Shown here: positions 36,032 through 47,830 of the stretch, piece after piece
Numbering within the stretch: the stretch's first letter is position 1
Layout of the letters: every line of letters begins with the position of its first letter
Assembly: GCA_028284525.1 (NCBI GenBank)
Contig: JANQRO010000273.1
Span: 1-58,861 of the forward strand
Direction: 5' to 3'
Length of the DNA stretch: 58,861 nucleotides
From: Myxococcota bacterium
Lineage (GTDB): Bacteria > Myxococcota_A > UBA9160 > PR03
Made by a program: the position numbers and the translations under genes
The notes under the pieces: model-generated
What the model saw: only the letters and a program-made list of their open reading frames with translations
The model's database searches: none
Told to the model about the DNA's origin: nothing

Positions 36032-37471
36032 TCAGAAGGAGACGTCCCACTGCAGGCGAACGCGGTGACCATCCGTGTCGTCGTTCGCGAACCCGTCGTC
36101 GAGCGTCAGGTACGAGTAGTCCAGCGTCACCTTGTTGTTGTGGCCGGCGATGAACCAGTTCGCGGCGACCGAGTGCTCCTGGCGCTTGTTGTCGAAGCTG
36201 CGGTCGGTCCCGTTCGGCTCCTCGAGCCAGGCATACCGATACGCGAGCTCGAGCGGCTCGGGGAACCAGTCGAAGATCTCGTTGAAGAAGTAGCCAGACT
36301 GGGCGTAGACCCCGTAGAGATTGTTCGTCGAGTCGGCCGGGCCACGATCCTCGACGCGCTTCCAGTGGAACTCCTGCTGGGCCGAGAAGCCCCGCCACTT
36401 GAAGGCGAAGCCCTGTTGCGCCTGGTCGATCCGAAACTGGCCGTCGCTCGCGGCCGCTGGGCTCGTGAAGCCGTCCAGGTTGCCGCATCCGCTCGACGAC
36501 CAGCGCGTGCAGCGACCTTTCGTGGTCGAGGCCGCCACGCTCAGGCTGCCGGTGGGCTTCTCCGTGCGCTCGACGTCGGTCTGTCGCAGCGCGAGGTCGC
36601 GGCCGAGGAAGTTCCACTGGAGGCGCCCGACGTACATCATGTTGTCGTCGTCGTTGGTCACGCCGCGCCCCTGTCCGTTGAACACCCCCGCGTAGTAGCG
36701 GAGGTCCGCGGGCGTCCCCTCGAACAGGTGTCCGCGTAGCTGAACGCCCATCTGCCGGTCGATCGTGAAGATGCGGTTGATGATCGAGCGCTCGACGAAC
36801 TGCTGGCGACCCGAGGAGTCGACGCGCTCGCGGTTGTAGTCGATCTTCCACTGTCCCACGCGCAGCCCGATCGCCTCGTACTTCGCGATATCCGCACGCC
36901 AGTCGATCACGCGGGTGCTCGCCGTGGCAGAGCTGTCGTCTGCGTCCCGCAGCGGCATGAGATCCACCTCGAAGTAGTACTTGAGCCAGGGGCGGTAGCC
37001 GTGACCGCCGATCTTCATTCGGAGCCGTCGCGCTTGGAAGCTCGTGCCGTCCTCGTCGCGGAAGGAGGTCAGTGAGCGGGGATCACCCTGATACGGACGG
37101 GTCACACGGAGCTGGGCCCGCCACTGCAGGTTCGTCTGCCAGTTGCCATCGCGCGTCTCGAGACGAAACCCCTTGCTCCCGTAGCTGGCCTTGACCGGGA
37201 ACTCCTTGTTTAGTTTCTCGTCGACGGCCTGGGCGATCTCTTCGCGGATGACCGGATCGGCCGCATCCACCCGCGAATCCGCCACTTCCGTTTCGGGCGC
37301 AGGATCGGGCTCGCGGTACCTGAGGTGGTCGTACTGCTCCTGGGTAATGGACCCGTTGCTGAGCAGGATGTCGAGCAGCTCCTCGTCGGTGGCGCGCGCG
37401 CCCCCGGACGAGGCAAGGAACAAAATGAACGCGGCGACGACGCCGCGTCTCCATGCGAGGCAAACGTTCAC
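36032..37471 (-). CDS. Phosphate-selective porin O/P family outer-membrane protein
   Basis: GTG at 37471 with GGAGAAGGAG upstream. The signal peptide is ...AAFILFLASSGGARA. The beta-barrel pattern includes RLRMKIGGHGY...WLKYYFEVD and ends ...VRLQWDVSF. Confidence 0.8.
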   Translation of the reverse strand: MNVCLAWRRGVVAAFILFLASSGGARATDEELLDILLSNGSITQEQYDHLRYREPDPAPETEVADSRVDAADPVIREEIAQAVDEKLNKEFPVKASYGSKGFRLETRDGNWQTNLQWRAQLRVTRPYQGDPRSLTSFRDEDGTSFQARRLRMKIGGHGYRPWLKYYFEVDLMPLRDADDSSATASTRVIDWRADIAKYEAIGLRVGQWKIDYNRERVDSSGRQQFVERSIINRIFTIDRQMGVQLRGHLFEGTPADLRYYAGVFNGQGRGVTNDDDNMMYVGRLQWNFLGRDLALRQTDVERTEKPTGSLSVAASTTKGRCTRWSSSGCGNLDGFTSPAAASDGQFRIDQAQQGFAFKWRGFSAQQEFHWKRVEDRGPADSTNNLYGVYAQSGYFFNEIFDWFPEPLELAYRYAWLEEPNGTDRSFDNKRQEHSVAANWFIAGHNNKVTLDYSYLTLDDGFANDDTDGHRVRLQWDVSF

Positions 37472-37549
37472 GAAAGGCTCCTTCTCCGCATGAGCCGGCG
37501 GAAATCGGCTTGGATTCTCGAGGGCGGGACGGTCGAAGCGAACTGTGAC

Positions 37550-37607
37550 GTTCACGTGAACATCAGGTGGCAATCCGGCGAAAGGTGAACATCGGGTGGC
37601 AATCCGG
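37550..37607. promoter_or_regulatory. Palindrome plus two 23-bp direct repeats upstream of the porin gene
   Basis: The palindrome GTTCACGTGAAC lies at 37550-37561. The repeats gtgaacatcaggtggcaatccgg (37556-37578) and gtgaacatcgggtggcaatccgg (37585-37607) match 22/23 and their starts are 29 bp apart. They sit 80-135 bp upstream of the porin start. Confidence 0.4.
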
Positions 37608-37930
37608 AGACATTCTGCCGAAGTCGTCTCGGCTGGAACGCCGTTTGCGTCCTGAGAGTCGCCTGGCAGCGTGGTGTCTTGAGCGACCACGGCGCCCGCC
37701 ACAGTGGCTTCTGGATCGCAGATGTCCGCTGCAAGGACATCCGTCTGATGGCTCGGTTGCACGGTCGGGCGGCGACCGTGGCGGGCTCTCACTGTGGCGT
37801 GGGCAGGGGTTGCGCTACCTCGCCAGCTTGTGGCTCTGATCTATCGATCACAGCGGGCAGACTCTCGGTACTTGGCGAGGGTGGGCGAGAAGACGGACAC
37901 ATCCCGCGACGCAACGGCGACTCACGAACT

Positions 37931-38624
37931 CTAAGCAGAGAACGTTCGACCTTCCGCGCGGTGAGGCACCTGCGGACGCAGGTTCGATTCCCGCCGCCAC
38001 CACAATTTCCTTCCTATTGTCAGCAAGTTACGAGAGCGGGGTTTCGTCGGAAACTCATTGGAGACTCCAAGCCGCGCGAGCGCGCTTCCCACCGCGGTGG
38101 GCCGGACCTTCGAGTAGGGCAGCACACTGCGCACGTCGGTGTGGCCGAAGAGCGCTGCGATCACCCGGTCATCGACCCCCTCATCCTTGAGCGCGGTGCC
38201 GAGGGGGTGTTTGGTCCCCTCGTAGACACCGACCCGCTCGACTCCCGCGGCGTCGCAGGCCGCGTACCAAGTCCGGCGGAGAGCGGTCTCACTCCACCAG
38301 CCACCGGCGTTGTAGGCGTCCGGGTTCACGAACGGCGGTCCGTCTGGATCTGAGAGGCGTCGCTCGGCGGGCACGTAGCCACTGGAAGCGTGAAAGCCGG
38401 CGAAGACGTTCTTGTGTCTTGCCGCCCAGCCCCTGTTCCGCAAGCCAGTAGCTCCAAGCCTCGAGATTGACTGTGGTGATGTCGAAGATCGTGCGGTCCC
38501 ACCACCACCGGAAGTAATCGTATCGGGCTTGCTTGCAGGAGCCTACCCAGCGGGTGTAGTCACGCAGCGTGCGCGGGGCGCGGTCATGCGCCGCAACCTT
38601 CTTTGCGAAGAGCTCGAGAGGTTC
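37931..38624 (-). pseudogene. Tyrosine recombinase (phage integrase) relic: N-terminally truncated, frameshifted, internally deleted
   Basis: One frame gives the SAM-like core-binding part (PRTLRDYTRWVGS...ITTVNLEAWSYWLAEQGLGGKTQ). A second frame gives the catalytic C-terminus (GTKHPLGTALKDEGVDDRVIAALFGHTDVRSVLPYSKV). The box I region is absent. The 3' end runs into att copy 3. Confidence 0.7.
37973..38008 (+). repeat. att core copy 3 (degraded tmRNA 3' end)
   Basis: cggacgcAggttcgattcccgccgccAccac-aattt compared with tmRNA cggacgcGggttcgattcccgccgccTccacCaattt (11124-11160). Confidence 0.75.
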
Positions 38625-38648
38625 TCAGAATCTCGACAACGGCGTTGG

Positions 38649-39101
38649 TCAGCGCGTCCACTCCCAGAAAGTGATCCTCACCCACGGAGCAATGTACAGA
38701 GTGATCACCCACGGCGCGGCGACAACGGCCGCCCAGATCGCGACTGGCACACCGAAGCGAAAGGCCCAATGGCGCGACCGCATGAAGGACAGCCAAGCGC
38801 CCACGCTCGCGTAGAACGCGGCGTTGCTGCTTATGATGAGCGTCCTCAGCAAGTACGGGTGCTCGCGAATCCACTCGACAGGCGCCCACCAGAGCACCCG
38901 CAAGCCCAGCGGGACAAGGACCAAGTACGCGAAGTCGATGGGAGTGAGTACGGCCTCCCTGGCAACGTGAGGGTAAAAAGAGATCCAGGCCAGGTAGAAG
39001 ATCGTGCCGATGGCGGCAAACACCAGCGCGTAGCGGATCGTCTGCACCAACACAGCATGCCGCAAGGAGGTGCCCCCATCCTCCCTGGCGACGAGCCACA
39101 C
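38649..39101 (-). CDS. Hypothetical polytopic membrane protein
   Basis: The 150-aa product has about 4 hydrophobic helices (YALVFAAIGTIFYLAWISF, FAYLVLVPLGLRVLWW, AAFYASVGAWLSF, VAIWAAVVAAPWVITLYIA). It is A/T-richer than its surroundings. Confidence 0.5.
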   Translation of the reverse strand: MWLVAREDGGTSLRHAVLVQTIRYALVFAAIGTIFYLAWISFYPHVAREAVLTPIDFAYLVLVPLGLRVLWWAPVEWIREHPYLLRTLIISSNAAFYASVGAWLSFMRSRHWAFRFGVPVAIWAAVVAAPWVITLYIAPWVRITFWEWTR

Positions 39102-39296
39102 CCCTTGGCGCGAGAGTTGGGTTCGCCACCGAGCTCTCCAGCGCCCGGACTCGTCCCGTAAACAAGTGGTTTTGGGCCAAGTCCGGATCGACCTAAGTGC
39201 CGGTGGCTGACGTGCTCTAAGGTCACGACAGCCCTCCTACGGAGTGCAGCGCGGAGGGTTAGCGGGACGACATCCACGCGGAAGGAGCGGCAGTTC

Positions 39297-39623
39297 TTGG
39301 GACTGCTTGACCACTACATCCCAGACCCGGCGCTGTCCTGTCCCGTGTGCGGCCGGGAGCTGCACGATTGGACTGGAACGGACGGACCCTGCGGCCTGAT
39401 GGTGTGGAAGCAAGGAGTAGCCAGCCCCATCGACCAGCCGATCGACGACGACGCCAGATTCGGCGAATCCGAGTTTTCCAGTTTTCGTCTTCCGGACAAC
39501 TTCGTGATCCGGGCCGCGTGCTGCGATCCTCGCTTCTTGGCTGAGGCCCCGATCTGGGTCGGAGCGGCTGCGGAAGAAGGGCGAGATTTCCTCCGGCTTG
39601 AGCACAGTTCACTCTCGGTGTGA
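39297..39623 (+). CDS. Hypothetical small Cys-containing protein
   Basis: TTG start. It has a CPVCGRELHDW zinc-ribbon-like knuckle and a normal amino-acid composition. No family was recognised. Confidence 0.35.
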   Translation: MGLLDHYIPDPALSCPVCGRELHDWTGTDGPCGLMVWKQGVASPIDQPIDDDARFGESEFSSFRLPDNFVIRAACCDPRFLAEAPIWVGAAAEEGRDFLRLEHSSLSV

Positions 39624-39795
39624 AGCCAATTGATGTCGATGGAGAACTGGAGAAGGAACGTCCATCGCGGAGGAGCTGGAAAAGCGAGAGATCTTCATCG
39701 CCCGCCTGGACGAGTGGAACGACCCGATGGACGGTCTGCACCGCGCCCGCGGCTCCAGGGCTGCCCGGCGGAAACCAGTCCGGCGCCGACCTTCG

Positions 39796-40491
39796 CTATC
39801 CGAGCGCCCAGTCGAAGGCGCGCTCGACCGTGCGGCGCGCCTCGTCGGTGATGCACGTGCCGTGCGCGATCGCGACGCGGTCGAAGTCCCAGCGGAGGAC
39901 CGCCTCTGCGCTCGCGCGGGCCGCGGTGCGGTCGCGGAAGGTGCTCCGCAGGTCCCGGGCCGTTCCGCCCGAAGGACCGAGCACGCCCACGGCGCCCTTG
40001 ACGAGACGCCAGAACCGCGATTCCCCGGCCGGGTCGTGGCGCTGGATGAGATCGGTGAGGATCAAGGTCCGGGAGCGCACGTGGAAGAACACGACCTCGT
40101 CGAGGAAGCTGCTTCCGCCGAAGCACAACGACTCGATCCGACCGCTCCACGCCGGCGGCGCCTCCGCTCCGAGGACGTGATCGGCCGGGGCTCCCGGGTG
40201 CCGCTCCCGGAAGCGGGGAGAGACCCAGACCTCGGCGGACGGGTACCGCTCCTTCCACAGCCCGACGCCGAGGCTGTGGATCTTGTTCGGCGCGACAACG
40301 AACCGGACGGCGCCCAGTGCGTCGACGGCCTCCTGGATCTCCGGGCTCGGCTCGAAGGGCGAGTGGACCCAGAGGCTCCCGGGCTCGAGCTCGACGAGGG
40401 TCATCCGCGTCGCGAACGGAATCGTCATCATCCGAACGCGGGGTCCGTCGCAGATCCAGATCCCCTCGCCGAAGGATTGGAGCGCGCTCAT
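39796..40491 (-). CDS. DUF4336-family protein
   Basis: Shows GIWICDGP.VRMMTIPFATRMT, VVAPNKIHSL, LILTDLI and FDRVAIAHG, a pattern typical of DUF4336. Confidence 0.7.
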   Translation of the reverse strand: MSALQSFGEGIWICDGPRVRMMTIPFATRMTLVELEPGSLWVHSPFEPSPEIQEAVDALGAVRFVVAPNKIHSLGVGLWKERYPSAEVWVSPRFRERHPGAPADHVLGAEAPPAWSGRIESLCFGGSSFLDEVVFFHVRSRTLILTDLIQRHDPAGESRFWRLVKGAVGVLGPSGGTARDLRSTFRDRTAARASAEAVLRWDFDRVAIAHGTCITDEARRTVERAFDWALG

Positions 40492-41069
40492 GGGACACCC
40501 CCGAGTCCGTCGTTCGCACGTCGGGGCCGCGAGCTCCGATGCGTCTCAGGAGCCGTCGACGGCCAGCGGTCTTCGGGCTTGGGGGAGGCTACCGCCGGAG
40601 GGAGCTCGCGGCTCCTTCCAGCTCTCCCTCGCTGCGGCCGCGGTGCGAACAGGAAGAAGAAGCCCGGTGTTCGGCTCCAGGTCCGAGAACTCCACGCTCC
40701 GTCGATCAGGGAACCGAAGGGTTCAGGCCCCGCCGCGGGCTCGGGCTTCGTCCACGGCTCCGTGGCGGCATGGAAACTAGCTCGCCCGAGACGAGGCGTC
40801 GAAAACGTGGACTGAATTCAACTTCGACCTGGCTGGGCGTGTCGCGCACGATCGGAGCCTCGCCGAAACGTGGACGCGCGGCGAAGACCACTACAGCGAG
40901 CTCGTCGTCGGTCAACAACGCATGGTTCTCTAGCGATAGCCTCGCTTTCGCCGCCTCCACCGTTCTCACAACAAAACAAGTTGTGCCCCGTCGAGAACCC
41001 GCAGCCACCCGTTCGAAATCTCGCAGGTCCGGCTACTGGCGGTTGCCGCTAGCAGAGGCGGACACCTCT

Positions 41070-41846
41070 TCAGCCGATGAAGGCTCCCCCGTTCACGTCG
41101 AGCACCGCGCCGGTGACATAGCTCGCGTCGTCGGATGCCAGGAAGGCGATGGCGGACGCCAGCTCGTCGGGATGGGCGCCGCGACGCAGGGGAATCTCCG
41201 AGAGGCGCTGCTCCAGAAAGCCTTCAGGAGCGCGGCTGAGCCCATCCATCACGAACTCGGTCTCGACAAAGCCAGGGGCAACGACGTTGGCGGTGACGCC
41301 GTACTTGCCGACCTCGAAGGCGAGTTTGCGCGTGAAGCCGATTACTCCCGCCTTTGCGGAGGAGTAGGACAGGCCCGTCCACACGCTCGCCGTGCGACCC
41401 GAGGTCGAGGAGATGGTCACGATCCGTCCGTATCGCCGTTCGCGCATCGACGGGAGCACCGCTCGGGTGACGAGAAACGGGTTCGTGAGATTGATCGCGA
41501 GAAAGCGCTGCCATTCGGAAAGCGTGATCTCGTCCAACCTCTTGACGGCTTGGCTGAGGCCCGCGACGGCGATGAGAGCATCCACTGCGCCTCGCTCTGC
41601 AAGCACTTCGTCCACCGCGTCTTTCACGGGCTCTTCTTCGGTGAGATCGAGGCTGTGATATGCGAATCGGTTCGAAGATCCGCCCGCCAGTTCGGCGAGG
41701 GTCTTCGCGGGTTGACTGTCTCGGGCTTCCTTGTCGAAGACGGCAACATGCGCGCCTTCCTTCAGGAGCCGCAGAACCGTGGCCCTTCCGATGCCATTGG
41801 CACCGCCTGTGACGATCGCTGTCCTTCCTTCGAATCGCGGTTCCAT
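41070..41846 (-). CDS. SDR-family oxidoreductase (FabG-like)
   Basis: Contains TGGANGIGRA, NAG-equivalent region, and YSSAKAGVIGFTRKLA (YxxxK). Confidence 0.9.
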   Translation of the reverse strand: MEPRFEGRTAIVTGGANGIGRATVLRLLKEGAHVAVFDKEARDSQPAKTLAELAGGSSNRFAYHSLDLTEEEPVKDAVDEVLAERGAVDALIAVAGLSQAVKRLDEITLSEWQRFLAINLTNPFLVTRAVLPSMRERRYGRIVTISSTSGRTASVWTGLSYSSAKAGVIGFTRKLAFEVGKYGVTANVVAPGFVETEFVMDGLSRAPEGFLEQRLSEIPLRRGAHPDELASAIAFLASDDASYVTGAVLDVNGGAFIG

Positions 41847-42311
41847 ACGGACGCTCCTTCAACCACTCGGCAGCAGCCTCGCGTAACTCTGCCGTCCCGG
41901 GCAACTCGTCGCACGCAGTACCTCGGACTCGCCTGCTGTCCCTGTCGCAACGCACAGATAGTTCCTCAGAGCCGGTGTTCCGAGGTCGCTACGCCGAGCG
42001 GGGGATCGCTCCCCTCGCCGCACGCCAGCCGCACCGCCCACTCTGGACGGGTCCAAGTGCTCGAATTTGCGTTGCTTGGTCCGGGCAGGCTGATTGGGTG
42101 CAGGGGCGTTACTCGGCGACCTACCCCAAGCGGTGTCGCGTCCGAGAACCCCTCGCAAGTCGGTGGGTTGCCTGGATAGACCTGGGGCCTAGCTACCGGG
42201 GATCGCGTTCCCAAGGAGCCATCGACCGCGTGCGCACGCGGGTGAGACGGATCCGGCCGGGCGAGTGCAGAGCGAAGCGCGGGGATTCCCGCCTGCAGTA
42301 CCGTGCGGGGT

Positions 42312-43349
42312 ATGACCTGCGGCCGCTTTTTCATTGCGATTGCCGCCTTGGCGTTCCTTGGGCCGTTTGCGGCCGCGGCGGACGAGCCCACCCTCAGCGA
42401 CCGCTATCCCGGTGACGAGGGTATCGGGGAAGACGCCGCGGTTCTTTTTTTTGACGATTTCGAGGCGGGTTGGGGACGCTGGGACGCGCCGCACCGCGAC
42501 ACCGAGACCCTGTTTCTCGAGATCGATCCGCAGAGAGCGCACAGCGGCAGCGCTTTCCTGCGATCCTCCGTCACCCGGGCCCAGTTGGAGGCGGCCGGGA
42601 CGATTGGCTCTGCGACCGCGGTCCGCTTCGAGCGGCGTGTCGATCGTCTCTTTGTCCGCTTCTACGCGCGCTTCCCGGAGGTCTCGCCCGCTCCCCACCA
42701 CTGGGTCCGCGTCGAGGCCGGCGATGATCGCTACGCGGGCAGCGGGTTGGCCAACACGGTTCCGAATGGTGACGAGGGGTTCTGGTTCAACTTGGACGCC
42801 GACGACGCGGGCCTCTTCGCGTTCTACGTCTATTGGCACCGGATGCGCTCGGGCCGGTGCAACGATGGAAGCGCGATCCCGGGCTGCGCCGGCGACCAAG
42901 GTTCGACCTATTTCTTCGGAAACCGGTTTCGCCCACGCAACCAGCGCCCGTTCCCGCGCGATCAGTGGATTTGCATCGAGCTGCGCGCGGAGGCCAACGA
43001 TCCGGGGCACTCGAACGGAAGCCTCGCGCTGTGGATCGACGAACGTCTGGTCGGCGACTACGCCCCCCAAACAGTCACCGGGACATGGCTCCGCGGCGCC
43101 TTTCACGAGGGCGGTTGCGAGTTTCGGGCCTGCGGACCGCCGCAGCCCTTCGCGGGCTTCGACTTCCGCACCGATCTCCGCGTCGGCTTCAAGCGCATCT
43201 TTCTCTCCGCGTACTACCAGGTCGACACCACGCGGCGACGCAGCGAGGAGCTCGCTCGGGGTGGCCTTGATGTGGGCCGCGTGCAAACGGTTCTCTACGA
43301 CGACGTCGTCGCGGCGACCACGCGAATCGGATGCCGGCGCAGTCCCTAG
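42312..43349 (+). CDS. Secreted hypothetical protein
   Basis: The signal peptide is MTCGRFFIAIAALAFLGPFAAAADE. The body has a Trp/Phe/Asp-rich beta-type composition. The family is not recognised; it may be a lectin- or lyase-like fold. An in-frame GTG at 42303 is an alternative start. Confidence 0.6.
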   Translation: MTCGRFFIAIAALAFLGPFAAAADEPTLSDRYPGDEGIGEDAAVLFFDDFEAGWGRWDAPHRDTETLFLEIDPQRAHSGSAFLRSSVTRAQLEAAGTIGSATAVRFERRVDRLFVRFYARFPEVSPAPHHWVRVEAGDDRYAGSGLANTVPNGDEGFWFNLDADDAGLFAFYVYWHRMRSGRCNDGSAIPGCAGDQGSTYFFGNRFRPRNQRPFPRDQWICIELRAEANDPGHSNGSLALWIDERLVGDYAPQTVTGTWLRGAFHEGGCEFRACGPPQPFAGFDFRTDLRVGFKRIFLSAYYQVDTTRRRSEELARGGLDVGRVQTVLYDDVVAATTRIGCRRSP

Positions 43350-43368
43350 CGCGGGGTCGGGCCGCTCG

Positions 43369-44166
43369 ATGGATCGGGAAGTCGCGACGCGGAAGAACTC
43401 GACGAGGTCGATCGCGCTCGATTCCTCGGCCTTGCCCAGTGCTACCCTTCGATCTTGCGGTCCTTCCGCGAGATCAGCTGCGGATCCCGATTTGTCCCAA
43501 CGAAGACGAGTGGTCGTGTCTTGGAGTAGCGGAAAAGACAGCGCATGGGCCCTCCATGTGCTCCGAGCCGATCGTTCGATCGAAGTCGTTGGACTACTCG
43601 TGGTTGTCGACGACGCCGTGAAGAAGGTTCCACACCATGCGACGCCGGAGGCCCTCGTTCAACTTCAATCGGAGCAGCTTTCTCTACCCGCTCATTTCGT
43701 CAGGGTCCCGTCTATGGTCGGTGTGACCGAATACGGACAGCTCATGAGCACGGCGATCCGGGACTTGACAAGAGATAGCGTCACCCACATTGCCTTCGGA
43801 GATCTGTTTCTTGAAGAGCTGAGGGCCTCCAGGGAAGAGAAGATGAGGGGCACGGGAATCGAGCTGTTGTTCCCGCTTTGGAAGCGAGACACCTGCTCCT
43901 TGGCCCGCGAGATGATCGAAGGCGGCCTCCGCGCCAGGATTTCGTCGGTGTCGTTGAACAAACTAACAGGCGAGTTCCTCGGTAGAGAATTCGACAGGAG
44001 CTTCTTGAAGGATCTTCCGCGCGACGTGGATCCCTGCGGCGAGCTCGGGGAGTTTCATTCCTTCGTGTACGACGGACCGATGTTCGAGAATCCGATCCCT
44101 ATCGAGAGCGGAGCTGTAACCGAGACCCACGGCAACTTGCAGCTCGACATCAGAGCTCGCAGCTGA
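43369..44166 (+). CDS. PP-loop ATP pyrophosphatase, Dph6/MJ0570 (DUF71)-like
   Basis: Shows VVVSWSSGKDSAWAL (SGGKDS-type PP-loop), FGDLFLEELR and GEFHSFVYDGPMF. The start is uncertain: ATG 43369, TTG 43492 or GTG 43510. Confidence 0.7.
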   Translation: MDREVATRKNSTRSIALDSSALPSATLRSCGPSARSAADPDLSQRRRVVVSWSSGKDSAWALHVLRADRSIEVVGLLVVVDDAVKKVPHHATPEALVQLQSEQLSLPAHFVRVPSMVGVTEYGQLMSTAIRDLTRDSVTHIAFGDLFLEELRASREEKMRGTGIELLFPLWKRDTCSLAREMIEGGLRARISSVSLNKLTGEFLGREFDRSFLKDLPRDVDPCGELGEFHSFVYDGPMFENPIPIESGAVTETHGNLQLDIRARS

Positions 44167-44188
44167 GGGGCACGCTCCGACACGACGT

Positions 44189-46495
<2,307 letters not shown>

Positions 46496-46567
46496 GGGCG
46501 CTGCGAATCCGCCGCGCTCTGGCGAGGGAGGCGCGAGGAGGGTGGCGACGGGGAGCGACGCCACGCG

Positions 46568-46987
46568 TCACCGCAAGTTGATCTCCAACGCCATCGGATC
46601 GTCGCCCAGGGAGAACCTCATCTCCTCGAAGCGGGGCGGACCAAAGCGCCCCCGGGCGTCGTTGCTGAAGCCGTAGGGTTCTCTCGGCGCGCCGACGAGA
46701 TTGCGATCGAGGAGCCCGTTGCCGTTCTCGTCGTGAAACACCGAGACGGCGTAGTTTCCGCGCGGAAGCCCACCCAGTGCGATCGACAGACCGTCGGGGT
46801 TGGCGGGCAGGAACACGCCGGCCAGCGGTTCACCGGCCTCGAAGGAGACCTCATCCGCAAAGAGCGCGAGGCGCAGCTCTCCTTCCGCTGAGTTCAATCC
46901 GTTCACCCGGACCTCGAGCTCCGCGGCGGAACCAACCGTGGCAACGAGAGTCGCACACAGCCCGATCGCGACATTTCTCATTTTCAC
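46568..46987 (-). CDS. DUF2141-family secreted protein
   Basis: A signal peptide is followed by VFHDENGNGLLDRNLVGAPREPYGFSND, the DUF2141 signature. Confidence 0.75.
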   Translation of the reverse strand: MKMRNVAIGLCATLVATVGSAAELEVRVNGLNSAEGELRLALFADEVSFEAGEPLAGVFLPANPDGLSIALGGLPRGNYAVSVFHDENGNGLLDRNLVGAPREPYGFSNDARGRFGPPRFEEMRFSLGDDPMALEINLR

Positions 46988-47254
46988 AACCCCCGATAAA
47001 TCGGCGACATCGAACGCCTACACCGGCGACGCAACCCGGTGGTGCCTGACTGCTGGAGAACGCCGACTTTCTCTCGCACCGTGAATGGTACAACGGAGAT
47101 CTCGGCGCCTAGCGTTGCGAGGTCGCTCGGCTGGGCCGCTTCGCGGAGTCTCGATTCCTCCAACGATGCCACGGGGGAACGCGGGAAGGAGGCAACGCCG
47201 TCGTTGATCGGAAGCCGACCCGATCCAGAGGCTCGTAGCTCTCGCCAGCGTGCT

Positions 47255-47830
47255 CTATCGGCTCCCACATCCGCGCAAGAAGGATCGCGTCGCGAGACGC
47301 GCGGCTTCTTCGCTCGTCGTCGCCCCGCTCTCGAGGTACGACCAGGCCGCGTACAAGGTCATCGAAAAGAACCGGGCCAGCCACTCCGAAGGCAGGTCCG
47401 GATCGATCTCACCCTCGGACTTGGCGTAGTCGATCAGCGCCCGTGTATCCCGACTGGATTCATCCATCCGCCGCGCGATGAGCGGATCGGCCTCGACTTC
47501 GGTCCATAGGCTCGACAGGAATCGATAGCGATCGGCCACCGGCAAGAGGGCCTCGAACGTAGCTGCAATCGCCCGACGACCGGTGGATGCGTAGAGCGGC
47601 CGCAGCGCGGCATCGAGCTCATCCATGCAGTGAAGCGTGATCGCCCGAATCAGCGCTTCACGAGATTCGTAGTGACGGTAGAGCGTGGTGCGGCCCACCC
47701 CCGATGCCAGGGCGACCTCCGACATCCCCGCGGACGGGTTGTCGAGCAGGGTCTTGATCCCCGCCTTGATGATCGCGGCCTCCGACTGGACGAGGCGCTG
47801 GTCTCGCTTCGCTTCCTTCATATCACGCAA
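47255..47830 (-). CDS. TetR/AcrR-family transcriptional regulator
   Basis: IIKAGIKTLLDNPSAGMSEVALASGVGRTTLYRHYESREALI is the TetR HTH. Confidence 0.85.
   Translation of the reverse strand: MRDMKEAKRDQRLVQSEAAIIKAGIKTLLDNPSAGMSEVALASGVGRTTLYRHYESREALIRAITLHCMDELDAALRPLYASTGRRAIAATFEALLPVADRYRFLSSLWTEVEADPLIARRMDESSRDTRALIDYAKSEGEIDPDLPSEWLARFFSMTLYAAWSYLESGATTSEEAARLATRSFLRGCGSR

Larger units (their letters stand above)
35889..37972. mobile_element. About 2.1-kb remnant segment between att copies 2 and 3 (porin only)
   Basis: Flanked by two tmRNA-3'-end copies. It contains a single gene and no recombinase. Confidence 0.4.

Noticed and set aside
35559-36851. 430-aa minus-strand ORF spanning att copy 2 and part of the porin gene
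   Set aside because: It reads through the tmRNA-derived repeat (..WWRRRESN..) and an alternate frame of the porin. Its composition is not protein-like. The tail MKPPQPWQPSEQNQLFASPTWRSVGRLLEIEAWKRF (35560-35740) might be gene debris, but I cannot assign it.
37900-38008. Possible tRNA or second tmRNA gene ending at att copy 3
   Set aside because: Only the T-arm and acceptor 3' strand are present. There is a stem mismatch, no CCA and no complementary 5' acceptor strand upstream. It is a displaced att fragment and not a gene.
40706-41008. 100-aa minus-strand ORF between the DUF4336 and SDR genes
   Set aside because: No recognisable family and no clear RBS, and its C-terminal part is Arg/Ser/Pro-rich. 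It may be debris. The evidence is insufficient to call it.
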